Of a DNA stretch of 64,000 bases, positions 37,675-51,495 are shown in pieces. A program made the position numbers and the translations under genes. The notes under the pieces are model-generated. The model made no database searches, had not been told where the DNA came from, and saw only the letters and a program-made list of their open reading frames with translations. The first letter of the stretch is position 1. The number at the start of each line of letters is the position of its first letter. Source of the stretch: Mayamaea pseudoterrestris (lineage: Eukaryota); NCBI GenBank assembly GCA_027923505.1, contig BROI01000010.1:434001-498000 (forward strand), written 5' to 3'.

Positions 37675-40600
37675 AACACCACAAGTTGCAGATTCTTCCC
37701 CCGTCAAACGCCCCGTGCCCTGGCCACCCAAATACCCAATGAGTCAGGCAAAACATGCCTGGTGATGCCATGACAGGTGCAGAGTCTCAAAGGGTGCAAG
37801 AAGGACTGCCTGCAGGCTGGAAAAAAACATGTACGGGCTCTCCACTGTGGGTATGGCCAACACCACAACAGAGACTTCCCGTCAAAACGCCCCATGCCCT
37901 GGCACCCAATACCCAATGTGAGTCAGGCAAAACATGTCCAGGGTATGCGCTGACAGGGGCATAGTCCTCAAATGGTGCAAAAAGGACTGCCTGGAGGCTG
38001 ACAACATGGCACGTAGGCCTCCACTGTGGGGATGCAGCCAACACCACAAGTTGCGAGATTCATCTCCTGTCAAAACGCCCCATGCCCTGGCCACCCAGGA
38101 ATACCCAATGAGTCAGGCAAAACATGTCCAGGGTAGGCCATTGACAGGGCATAGTCTCAAATGGTGAAAGGACTGCCTGGAGGCTTGACATCGGTACGGC
38201 CCCACTGGAGGCACAACACCACAAGTTGCAGATTCATCCCTGTCAAACGCCTCCCATGCCCTGGGCTTCACCCAACCAATGAGTCAGGCAAAACATGTCC
38301 AGGGGATGCCACTGACAGGTGCATAGTCTCAAATGGTGCAAAAAGGACTGCCTGGAGGCTGAAAACATGGGTACGGCTCCACTGTGGGTATGGCCAACAC
38401 CTCACAAGTTGCAGGACATTCTTCCCTCTCTTTGTCAAACGCCCCATGCCCCGGGCCACCCAATACTCCAAAAGAGTCAGGCAGCAACATGTCCAGGGTA
38501 GGCCATTGACAGGCATAGTCTCAAATGGTGCAAAAAGGACTGCCTGGAGGCTGACACCATGGGTACGGCCTCCACTGTGCAGGTATGGCCAAACACCACA
38601 AGTTGCAGATTCTTCACTGTCAAAATGCCCAATGCCCTGGCCACCCAAATACCCAATGAGTCAGGCAAAACATGTCCAGGGGAGGCCAGACAGGATCTCA
38701 AATGGCAAGGACTGCCTGGAGGCTGACAACATGGGCACTGGCTCCACTGTGGGTGCATGGCCAACACCACAAGTTGAGATGGGCTCTTCCCCGTCAAACG
38801 CCCCATGCCCTGGCCACCCAAATACCCAATGAGTCAGGCAAAACATGTGCAGGGGATGCCATTGTGAGAGCAGAGTCCTTCAAATGGTGCAAAAAGGACT
38901 GCTGGAGTGGAAAACATGGGGGCAATGCCCACTGTGGGTATGGCCACAACAAGCTGCAGATCTTCCTTGTCAAACGCCCCATGCCCTGGGCTGGCCACCC
39001 AAATACCCAATGAGTCAGGCAAAAAACAGGGATGCCATCGACAGGTGCAGACGTCTCAAATGGTGAAAAAGGACTGCCTGGGGCTGGAAAAAACATGGGT
39101 ACGGCCCCACTGTAGGTAGTGGCCAACACCACAATGTTGCAGATCTTCCTGTCAAACGCCCCACATGCCCTGGCCACCCAAATACCCAATGAGTCAGGCA
39201 AAACATGTCCAGGGTAGGCCAATGACAGGTATAGTCTCAAATGATGCAAAAAGGACTGCCTAGGCTGACACCATGGGTAAGGCCCACTGTGGGATGGCCA
39301 ACACCACAAGCTTGCATTCATCCCTGTCAAACGCCCCATGCCCTGGCCACCAAATACCCAATGAGTCAGGCAAATAATGTCCAGGGTAGCCTTGACAGGC
39401 ATATCCCAAAATGGTTGGACGGCTGGAGGCCGACAACATGGGCACGGCCTCCACTGTGGGTATGGCCAAACTCACAAGCTGCAGATTCCTCCCTGTCAAA
39501 CGCCCCCATGCCTGGCCCCAAATACCCAATGAACAGCAAAACATGTCCAGGGTAGGCCATGAGCAGGGTGCAGAGTCCTTCAATGGTGCGTCGACTGCCT
39601 GGAAGGAAACACGGGCACCGCCTCCACTGTGGGTAGCATGGCCAACACCACAAGGCAGATTCTTCCCTGTCAAACGCCCCATGCCCTGGCCACCCAAATA
39701 CCCAATGAGTCAGGCAAAACATGTCCAGAGTAGGCTACTGACAGGTGTGCAGAGTCCCAAATGGTGCAAAAAGGACCGCCTGGAGGCTGACAACATGCAA
39801 GCACGGCCACTGTGGGCATGGCCAACACCACAAGTTGCAGATTCTTCCCCGTCAAACGACCATGCCCTGGCCACCAAATACCCTAATGAGTCAGGAAAAC
39901 ATGTCCAGGGTATGCCATTGACAGGTGCAGAGTCTCAAATGGTGCAAAACGACTGCCTGGAGGCTGGACAACATGGGTACGGCTCCACTGTGGGTAGCGG
40001 GCAACACCACAAGTTGCAGATTCTTCCCTGTCAAACGCCCCATGCCCTGGGCCACCCAAACCCAATGAGCTGAGGCAAAACATGTCCAGGGTGGGCACAT
40101 TGACAGGTGCATAGTCTCAAATGGTGCGCTGACTGCCTGGAGGCTGACACCGGGCCTGCCCACAGCGGTATGGCAACACTACAAGTTGCAGATTCTTCCT
40201 GTCAACGTCCCCCATGTGCCCTGGCCACACCCAATACCCAAAACACCACAAGTTGCAGATTCTTCCCCCGTCAAACGCCCCGTGCCCTGGCCACCCAAAT
40301 ACCCAATGAGTCAGGCAAAACATGCCTGGTGATGCCATGACAGGTGCAGAGTCTCAAAGGGTGCAAGAAGGACTGCCTGCAGGCTGGAAAAAAACATGTA
40401 CGGGCTCTCCACTGTGGGTATGGCCAACACCACAACAGAGACTTCCCGTCAAAACGCCCCATGCCCTGGCACCCAATACCCAATGTGAGTCAGGCAAAAC
40501 ATGTCCAGGGTATGCGCTGACAGGGGCATAGTCCTCAAATGGTGCAAAAAGGACTGCCTGGAGGCTGACAACATGGCACGTAGGCCTCCACTGTGGGGAT

Positions 40601-42808
40601 GCAGCCAACACCACAAGTTGCGAGATTCATCTCCTGTCAAAACGCCCCATGCCCTGGCCACCCAGGAATACCCAATGAGTCAGGCAAAACATGTCCAGGG
40701 TAGGCCATTGACAGGGCATAGTCTCAAATGGTGAAAGGACTGCCTGGAGGCTTGACATCGGTACGGCCCCACTGGAGGCACAACACCACAAGTTGCAGAT
40801 TCATCCCTGTCAAACGCCTCCCATGCCCTGGGCTTCACCCAACCAATGAGTCAGGCAAAACATGTCCAGGGGATGCCACTGACAGGTGCATAGTCTCAAA
40901 TGGTGCAAAAAGGACTGCCTGGAGGCTGAAAACATGGGTACGGCTCCACTGTGGGTATGGCCAACACCTCACAAGTTGCAGGACATTCTTCCCTCTCTTT
41001 GTCAAACGCCCCATGCCCCGGGCCACCCAATACTCCAAAAGAGTCAGGCAGCAACATGTCCAGGGTAGGCCATTGACAGGCATAGTCTCAAATGGTGCAA
41101 AAAGGACTGCCTGGAGGCTGACACCATGGGTACGGCCTCCACTGTGCAGGTATGGCCAAACACCACAAGTTGCAGATTCTTCACTGTCAAAATGCCCAAT
41201 GCCCTGGCCACCCAAATACCCAATGAGTCAGGCAAAACATGTCCAGGGGAGGCCAGACAGGATCTCAAATGGCAAGGACTGCCTGGAGGCTGACAACATG
41301 GGCACTGGCTCCACTGTGGGTGCATGGCCAACACCACAAGTTGAGATGGGCTCTTCCCCGTCAAACGCCCCATGCCCTGGCCACCCAAATACCCAATGAG
41401 TCAGGCAAAACATGTGCAGGGGATGCCATGGTGAGAGCAGAGTCCTTCAAATGGTGCAAAAAGGACTGCTGGAGTGGAAAACATGGGGGCAATGCCCACT
41501 GTGGGTATGGCCACAACAAGCTGCAGATCTTCCTTGTCAAACGCCCCATGCCCTGGGCTGGCCACCCAAATACCCAATGAGTCAGGCAAAAAACAGGGAT
41601 GCCATCGACAGGTGCAGACGTCTCAAATGGTGAAAAAGGACTGCCTGGGGCTGGAAAAAACATGGGTACGGCCCCACTGTAGGTAGTGGCCAACACCACA
41701 ATGTTGCAGATCTTCCTGTCAAACGCCCCACATGCCCTGGCCACCCAAATACCCAATGAGTCAGGCAAAACATGTCCAGGGTAGGCCAATGACAGGTATA
41801 GTCTCAAATGATGCAAAAAGGACTGCCTAGGCTGACACCATGGGTAAGGCCCACTGTGGGATGGCCAACACCACAAGCTTGCATTCATCCCTGTCAAACG
41901 CCCCATGCCCTGGCCACCAAATACCCAATGAGTCAGGCAAATAATGTCCAGGGTAGCCTTGACAGGCATATCCCAAAATGGTTGGACGGCTGGAGGCCGA
42001 CAACATGGGCACGGCCTCCACTGTGGGTATGGCCAAACTCACAAGCTGCAGATTCCTCCCTGTCAAACGCCCCCATGCCTGGCCCCAAATACCCAATGAA
42101 CAGCAAAACATGTCCAGGGTAGGCCATGAGCAGGGTGCAGAGTCCTTCAATGGTGCGTCGACTGCCTGGAAGGAAACACGGGCACCGCCTCCACTGTGGG
42201 TAGCATGGCCAACACCACAAGGCAGATTCTTCCCTGTCAAACGCCCCATGCCCTGGCCACCCAAATACCCAATGAGTCAGGCAAAACATGTCCAGAGTAG
42301 GCTACTGACAGGTGTGCAGAGTCCCAAATGGTGCAAAAAGGACCGCCTGGAGGCTGACAACATGCAAGCACGGCCACTGTGGGCATGGCCAACACCACAA
42401 GTTGCAGATTCTTCCCCGTCAAACGACCATGCCCTGGCCACCAAATACCCTAATGAGTCAGGAAAACATGTCCAGGGTATGCCATTGACAGGTGCAGAGT
42501 CTCAAATGGTGCAAAACGACTGCCTGGAGGCTGGACAACATGGGTACGGCTCCACTGTGGGTAGCGGGCAACACCACAAGTTGCAGATTCTTCCCTGTCA
42601 AACGCCCCATGCCCTGGGCCACCCAAACCCAATGAGCTGAGGCAAAACATGTCCAGGGTGGGCACATTGACAGGTGCATAGTCTCAAATGGTGCGCTGAC
42701 TGCCTGGAGGCTGACACCGGGCCTGCCCACAGCGGTATGGCAACACTACAAGTTGCAGATTCTTCCTGTCAACGTCCCCCATGTGCCCTGGCCACACCCA
42801 ATACCCAA
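37675..42808 (+). repeat. 2567-bp tandem block duplication within satellite B (37675-40241 and 40242-42808)
   Basis: ORF-track peptides recur at a +2567 offset (37704/40271, 38161/40728, 39411/41978). Idiosyncratic indels are shared by both copies. Confidence 0.93.
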
Positions 42809-45800
42809 CAGGTCAAAGGAACATGTCCAGATGCACTGATAAAAAGAAACCCAAAGCTATGTAAAAAGAAGTCTAGGCTGACACCATGGGTATCGGCCTC
42901 CACTGTAACACCAGTGTTCTTCCCCGTCAAACGCCCCCACGCCCTGGCCACAAACACCCAGGAATGAGTCAGGCAAAACATGTCCAAGGTAGGCCATTGA
43001 CAGGTGCATAGTCTCAAATGGTGCAAAAAGGATTGCCTGGAGGCTGACAATATGGGTGACCCCACTGTGGGTGCATGGCCACCACCACAAGTTGCAGATT
43101 CTTCCTTGTCAAACGCCTCACGCCTGGCCACCCAAATACCCAATGAGTCAGGCAAAACATGTGCAGGGTAGGCCATTGACAGGTGCATAGTCTCAAATGG
43201 TGCAAAAAGGACTGCCTGGAGGCTGACAACATGGGTACGGCCTCCACTGTGGGTATGGCCAACACCACAAGTTGCAGATTCTTCCCTGTCAAACGCCCCA
43301 TGCCCTGGCCACCCAAATACCCAATGAAACAGGCAAAATATGTCCAGGGGATGCCATTGACTAGAGCCCCCAAATGGTGCAAAAGGACTGCCTGGAGGGG
43401 CTGAAAGCATGGGCACGGCCCACTGTGGGTATGGCCAACACCACAAGTTGGGTAGATTCTTCCTCACTAAACGCCCCATGCCCTGGGCTACCCAAATACC
43501 CACGAGTCGTAGGCAAAACTTGTCCAGGGTATGCCATTGACAGCATAGTCTCAAATGGTGCAAAGGACTGCCTGGAGGCTGACACCATGGGTACGGCCTC
43601 CACTGTGGGTATGCCAACACCACAAGTTGCAGATTCTTCCCTGTCAAACGCCTCCCATGCCCTGGGTTTTCACCCAAATACCCAATGAGTCGTGCAAAAC
43701 ATGTCCATGGTAGGCCATTGACAGGTGCATAGTCTCAAATGGTGCAAGACTGGCCTAGGCTGGACAACATGACGGCCTCCACTGTGGGTATGCCAACACC
43801 ACAAGTTGGATTCTTCCCTGTCAAACGTCCCCATGCCCTGGCCACCCAAATAATCTAATGAGTCAGGCAACACATGTCCAAGGTAGGCCATTGACAGGTG
43901 CATAGTCTCAAATGGTGCAAAGGATCGCTTGGAGGCTGACAACATGGGTACGGGCTCTCCACTGTGGGTATGGCCTACACCACAAGCTGCAGATTCTTCC
44001 CTGTCAAACGCCCCATGCCCTGGCCATCCAAATCCCCAATGATCAGGCAAAACATGTCCAGGGTAGGCCATTGACAGGCATAGTCTCAAATGGTGCAAAA
44101 AGGATTGCCTGAGGCTGATTAACATGGGTACGCCTCCACTGCGGGTATGGCCAACACCACAAGTTGCAGATTCTTCCTGTCAACGCCCCATGCCCTGGCC
44201 ACCCAAATACCAATGAGTCAGACAAAAATATGTCCAGGGATGCCATTGACAGGTGCAGAGTCTCAAATGGTGCAAAAAGGACTGCCTGAGGCTGAAAACA
44301 TGGGTACGGCCTCCACTGTGTGTATGGCCAACACCACAAGTTGCAGATTCTTCCCTGTCAAACGCCCCATGCCCTGGCCACCCAAATACCCAATGAGTCA
44401 GGCAAAAATTTGTCCAGGGTATGCCATTGACAGGTGCATAGTCCTTCAAATGGTGCAAAAAGGACTGCCTGGAGGCTGACACCATGGGCACGTCCCACTG
44501 TGGGTATGCCAACACCACAAGTTGCAGATTCTCCCCTGTCAAACGCCCATGCCCTGGGCCACCCAAATACCCAATGAGTCAGGCAAAAACATGTCCGCTG
44601 CAGGGCCATTGACAGGATGCCTGGCCACCCAAATACCCAATGAGTCAGGCCAAACATTCAGAGATAAGCCATTGACAGGAGCAGGAGTCTCAAATGGTGC
44701 AAACCGGTGGTGACAATGTACCCTCCATGGAACACCACATTTATCTGCCCTCCCCCATCCTGGACAAATACCCATGATCAGCAAAAATTCCCAGACCATT
44801 GACAGTCATCTCAAGTCAAGACGTCCTGGGCTGACAGCATGTACACCTCCACGTGGTTCCCAGTTGTAGATTCTGACCTTGTCAGGCCCCAAGACCCAAA
44901 ACCCATCAGCCAAACATTCGTACCATTGCTGGATTAGAGTCTCAATTGAATGCAAGGACTGCCTGAGCCTGACACCTCTCACCCACGTGGGCCTAACACA
45001 CATTACGCGATTCTTCCCTGGCTCACGCCCCATGCCCTGGCCACCCAAATACCCAATGATCAGAAACTTGTCCAGGTTATCATACAGTGCAGATAAATGT
45101 GCAAAAGGACTGCCTGGAGCTGACACCGGACGCCTCCAGTGGGTACTGGCCAACACCACAAGTTGTCCGATTCACTGCCCTGTCCAAACGCCCCCTACCT
45201 GCCACCAAAACCCAATAAGTCAGGCAAAACATTCCAGTCCATTGACAGTCAGTCAAATGATGCAAAGACTGCCTGGAGCTGACAACATGGTACACTCCAC
45301 TTTGTGGGCTATGGCCAACACCACTTGTATCACCCTGACCACTATCAAACACCAACCCTAGCCACCCAAAACTAAGTCCAGGCCAAACATGTCCAGGGTA
45401 TGCCATTGACAGGTGCAGAGTCTCAAATGGTGCAAAAAGGACGCCGAGCTGACACACCATGAATACGACCTCCAGTTGGTTCCAACTTACCATTGCATTC
45501 TTTACCTGTCAACCCCGCCACCCAAATACCCAATGGGTCAGGCCAAACATGTCCAGATGCCATTGACAGTGCAGAGTCTCTCAAATGTGCAAAAGACTGC
45601 CTGGACGACACTCCACGGTGGGTATAGCCAACACCACAAGTTGTAGTTCTGCCCTGTCAAACCCCCCATCCCTGGCCACAAAACCCAAGTCCAGCCAAAA
45701 CATGTCTCAGGGTATGCCATTGACATGCAGAGTCTCAAATGGTGCAAAAGGACTGCCTGGAGGCTGACAAACCATGGGTACGGCCTCCACTGTGGGTATG

Positions 45801-47487
45801 GCCAACACCATAAGTTGCAGATTCTCTCTCCTGTACAAACGCCCCATGCCCTGGCCACCCAAATACCCAATGAGTCAGGCAAAACATGTCCAGGGTATGC
45901 CATTGACAGGTGCATAGTTTCAAATGGTGCAAAAGGACTGCCTGGGGGCTGACTTATCTGTCCACTGTGTGGTCCCAACACCACAATTGTGATCTGCCTC
46001 GCCCCATCCTCCCGTCAAAACATGTCCAGGGTATGCCATTGACAGTTGCATAGTCTCAAATGGTGCAAAAAAGGACTGCCTGAGGCTGACAACATGGTGT
46101 ACGGGCCTCCACTGTGGGGTATGGCCAACACCACAAGTTGCAGATTCTTCCTTGTCAAACGCCCCATGCCCTGGCCACCCAAATACCCAATGAGTCAGAC
46201 AAAACATGTCCAGGGGATGCCATTGACAGGTGCAGAGTCTCAATTAAGTAAAAGGACTGCCTGGAGGCTGAAAAAAACATGGGTCACGGCTCCACTGTGG
46301 GTATGGCCAACGCACCACAAGTTTGCAGATTCATCCCTCTCAAACGCCCCATGCCCTGGCCACCCAAATACCCAATGAGTCAGGCAAAACATGTCCAGGG
46401 TACCTGATTGACAGGTGCATAGTCTCAAATCGTTTGCAAAAGGACTGCCTGGAGTGCTGACAGCCCCATGGGTACGGCCTCCACTGTGGGTATGCCAACA
46501 CCACAAGTTGAAGATTCTTCCCCTGTCAAACGCCCCATGCCCGGCAGCACCCAAATACCAGCTATCAGGCAAAACATGTCCAGGGTAGCCAGAATCATAA
46601 TGTCAAGACTGCCTGGAGCTGACAACGGCCTCCACTGTGGAGTATGGCCAACACCACAATTGGCCCTGTCAAGCCCATGCCCTGGCCACCCAAATACCCA
46701 ATGAGTTAGGCAAAACATGTCCAGGGTATGCCATTGACAGGTGCATAGTCCAAATGGTAAGGACTGCCTGGAGGCTGACAACATGGGTACGGCCTCACAC
46801 TGTGGGTATGGCCAACACCACAAGTTGCGATTCATCCGCTTGGTAGACGCCCCATGCCCTGGCCACCCAACCCAACGAGGATCGAGGCAAAACATGTCCA
46901 GGATGCCATTGACAGGTGCAGAGTCTCAAATGGTTGCAAAAGGACTGCCTGGAGGCTGAAAACATGGGTACGGCCTCCACTGTGGGTATGGCCAAACCCC
47001 ACAAGTTGCAGATTCATCCCTGTCAAACGCCCCATGCCTGGACCCAAATACTCAATGACTCAGGAAAAACATGTCCAGGGGATGCCAATGACAGGTGCAT
47101 AGTCTCAAAATGGTGCAAAAAAGGACTGCCTGGAGGCTGACACCATGGTACGGCGTCTCCACTGGGGGGGTATGGCCAACACCACAAGTTGCAGATTCTT
47201 CCCTGTCAGAAACGCCCCATTGGCCACCAAATACCCAATGAGTCAGGCAAAATATGTCAGGGTATGCACCCATTGACAGGTGCATAGTCTCAAATGGTGC
47301 AAAAGGACTGCCTGGGAGGCTGACAACATGGGTACGGCACTCCCACTGGGGGAAGGCCAACACCACAAGTTGCAGATTCTTCCCTGTCAAACGCCCCATG
47401 CCCTGGCCACCCAAATACCCAATGAGTCAGGCAAAACATGTCCAGGATATGCCATTGACAGGTGCATAGTCTCAAATGGTGCAAAAA

Positions 47488-50400
47488 GGACTGCCTGGAG
47501 GCTGACAACATAAACGGCCTCCACTGTGGGTATGGCCAACACCCAGTTGCAGATTCTTCCTGTCAAACGCCCCATGCCCTGACCGCCCAAATACCCAATG
47601 AGTCAGGCAAAAACACATGTCCAGGGTATGCCATTGGCAGGTGCATAGTCTCAAATGGTGCAAAAGGACTGCCTGGAGGCTGACACCATGGGTACTCTGG
47701 CCTCCACTGTGGTATGGCCAACACCACAAGATTGCAGATTCTTCCCTGTCCAACGCCCATGCCCTGTGCCACCCAAATACCAATGAGTCAGGCAAAACAT
47801 TGTCCAGGGTATGCCATTGGACAGGTGCATAGTCTCAAATGGTGCAAAAAAGGCCTGCCTGGAGGCTGACAACATGGGTACGGCCTCCACTGTGGGTATG
47901 GCCAACACCACAAGTTGCAATTCTTCCTGTCAAACGCCCCATGCCCTGGCCACCCAAATACCCAATGAGTCAGGCAAAAACATGTGTCCAGGGTATGCCA
48001 TTGACAGGTGCATAGTCTCAATTGGTGCAAAAAGGACTGCCTGGAGGCTGACAACATGGGTACGGCCTCCACTGTGGGTATGGCCAACAACACAAGTTGC
48101 AGATTCTTCCCTGTCAAACGCCCCATGCCCTGGCCACCCAAATACCAATGAGTCAGGCAAAACATGTCCAGGGTATGCCATTGACAGGTGCAGAGTCTCA
48201 AATGGTGCAAAAAGGACTGCCTGGAGGCTGACAACATGGTACGGCCTCCACTGTGGGTATGGCCAACACCACAAGTTGCAGATTCTTCCCTGTCAAACGC
48301 CCCATGCCCTGGCCACCCAAATACCAAATGAGTCAGGCAAAACATGTCCAGGGTATGCCATTGACAGGTGCATAGTCTCAAATGGTGCAAAAAGGACTGC
48401 CTGGAGGCTGACACCATGGGTACGGCCTCACTGTGGGTATGGCCAACACCACAAGTTGCAGATTCTTCCCTGTCAAACGCCCCATGCCCTGGCCACCCAA
48501 ATACCCAATGAGTCAGGCAAAACATGTCTAGGGGATGCCATTGACAGGTGCATAGTCTCAAATGGTGCAAAAAGGACTGCCTGGATGCTGACAACATGGG
48601 TACGGCTCCACCTGTGGTATGGCCAACACCACAAGTTGCAGATTCATCTCTGTCAAACGCCCCATGCCCTGGCCACCCAAATACCCAATGAGTCAGGCAA
48701 AACATGTCCAGGGGATGCCATTGACCGGTGCAGAGTCTCAAATGGTGCAAAAAGGGGACTGCCTGGAGGCTGACAACATGGGTACGGCCTCCACTGTGTG
48801 GTATGGGCCAACACCACAAGTTGCAGATTCTTCCCTGTCAAACGCCCCATGCCCTGGCCACCCCAATACCCAATGAGTCAGGCAAAACATGTCCAGGGTA
48901 TGCCATTGACAGGTGCAAGTCTCAAATGGTGAAGGACTGCCTGGAGGCTGACCACATGGGTACAGCCTCCACTGTTGGGTAGCGCGGCCAACAACACAAG
49001 TTGCAGATTCTTCCCTGTCAAACGCCCCATGCCCTGGCCACCCAAATACCCAATGAGTCAGGCAAAACATGTCCAGGGGACCATTAATGACAGGTGCAGA
49101 GTCTCAATGGTGCAAAAGGACTGCCTGGAGGCTGAAAACATGGGTACGGCCTCCACCGGGCTGTGGGTATGGCCAACACCACAAGTTGCAGATTCTTCCT
49201 GTAAACGCCCCATGCCCTGGCCACCCAAATACCCAATGAGTCAGGCAAAACATGTCCAGGGGTATGCCACACAGCATAGTAAATGGTGCAAAAGGATCGC
49301 TCTCCGACACCATGGGTACGGCCTCCACTGTATGGGCCAACACCACGTATCGCAGATTCTTCTGTCAAACTTTATGCCCTGGCCACCCAAATACCCAATG
49401 GACTGCCTGGAGGCTGACCACATATACGGCCTCCACTGTGGGTATGGCCAACACCCAGTTGCAGATTCTTCCTGTCAAACGCCCCATGCCCTGACCGCCC
49501 AAATACCCAATGAGTCAGGCAAAAAAACATGTCCAGGGTATGCCATTGGCAGGTGCATAGTCTCAAATGGTGCAAAAGGACTGCCTGGAGGCTGACACCA
49601 TGGGTACTCTGGCCTCCACTGTGGTATGGCCAACACCACAAGATTGCAGATTCTTCCCTGTCCAACGCCCATGCCCTGTGCCACCCAAATACCAATGAGT
49701 CAGGCAAAACATTGTCCAGGGTATGCCATTGGACAGGTGCATAGTCTCAAATGGTGCAAAAAAGGCCTGCCTGGAGGCTGACAACATGGGTACGGCCTCC
49801 ACTGTGGGTATGGCCAACACCACAAGTTGCAATTCTTCCTGTCAAACGCCCCATGCCCTGGCCACCCAAATACCCAATGAGTCAGGCAAAAACATGTGTC
49901 CAGGGTATGCCATTGACAGGTGCATAGTCTCAATTGGTGCAAAAAGGACTGCCTGGAGGCTGACAACATGGGTACGGCCTCCACTGTGGGTATGGCCAAC
50001 AACACAAGTTGCAGATTCTTCCCTGTCAAACGCCCCATGCCCTGGCCACCCAAATACCAATGAGTCAGGCAAAACATGTCCAGGGTATGCCATTGACAGG
50101 TGCAGAGTCTCAAATGGTGCAAAAAGGACTGCCTGGAGGCTGACAACATGGTACGGCCTCCACTGTGGGTATGGCCAACACCACAAGTTGCAGATTCTTC
50201 CCTGTCAAACGCCCCATGCCCTGGCCACCCAAATACCAAATGAGTCAGGCAAAACATGTCCAGGGTATGCCATTGACAGGTGCATAGTCTCAAATGGTGC
50301 AAAAAGGACTGCCTGGAGGCTGACACCATGGGTACGGCCTCACTGTGGGTATGGCCAACACCACAAGTTGCAGATTCTTCCCTGTCAAACGCCCCATGCC

Positions 50401-51312
50401 CTGGCCACCCAAATACCCAATGAGTCAGGCAAAACATGTCTAGGGGATGCCATTGACAGGTGCATAGTCTCAAATGGTGCAAAAAGGACTGCCTGGATGC
50501 TGACAACATGGGTACGGCTCCACCTGTGGTATGGCCAACACCACAAGTTGCAGATTCATCTCTGTCAAACGCCCCATGCCCTGGCCACCCAAATACCCAA
50601 TGAGTCAGGCAAAACATGTCCAGGGGATGCCATTGACCGGTGCAGAGTCTCAAATGGTGCAAAAAGGGGACTGCCTGGAGGCTGACAACATGGGTACGGC
50701 CTCCACTGTGTGGTATGGGCCAACACCACAAGTTGCAGATTCTTCCCTGTCAAACGCCCCATGCCCTGGCCACCCCAAATACCCAATGAGTCAGGCAAAA
50801 CATGTCCAGGGTATGCCATTGACAGGTGCAAGTCTCAAATGGTGAAGGACTGCCTGGAGGCTGACCACATGGGTACAGCCTCCACTGTTGGGTAGCGCGG
50901 CCAACAACACAAGTTGCAGATTCTTCCCTGTCAAACGCCCCATGCCCTGGCCACCCAAATACCCAATGAGTCAGGCAAAACATGTCCAGGGGACCATTAA
51001 TGACAGGTGCAGAGTCTCAATGGTGCAAAAGGACTGCCTGGAGGCTGAAAACATGGGTACGGCCTCCACCGGGCTGTGGGTATGGCCAACACCACAAGTT
51101 GCAGATTCTTCCTGTAAACGCCCCATGCCCTGGCCACCCAAATACCCAATGAGTCAGGCAAAACATGTCCAGGGGTATGCCACACAGCATAGTAAATGGT
51201 GCAAAAGGATCGCTCTCCGACACCATGGGTACGGCCTCCACTGTATGGGCCAACACCACGTATCGCAGATTCTTCTGTCAAACTTTATGCCCTGGCCACC
51301 CAAATACCCAAT
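47488..51312 (+). repeat. ~1912-bp tandem block duplication within satellite B (47488-49399 and 49400-51312)
   Basis: Identical peptides occur at a +1912 offset (47788/49700, 47811/49723), with shared rare variants. Confidence 0.93.
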
Positions 51313-51495
51313 GAGTCAGGGCAAAATATGTCCAGGGTATGCCATTGACAGGTGCATAGTCTCAAATGGTGCAAAGGACTGCCTGGAGGCTGACACCATA
51401 AGTACGGCCTCCACTGTGGGTATGGGGCCAACACCACAAGTTGCAGATTCATCCGCCAACGCCTTCATGCCCTGGCCACCCAAATACCCATGTCG

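Larger units (their letters stand above)
37194..51490 (+). repeat. Satellite B, forward block: ~180-181-bp monomer, ~79 copies
   Basis: Unit AAACATGTCCAGGGTATGCCATTGACAGGTGCATAGTCTCAAATGGTGCAAAAAGGACTGCCTGGAGGCTGAC...CCCAATGAGTCAGGC. The period is clearest at 48.0-48.7 kb. Confidence 0.97.
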
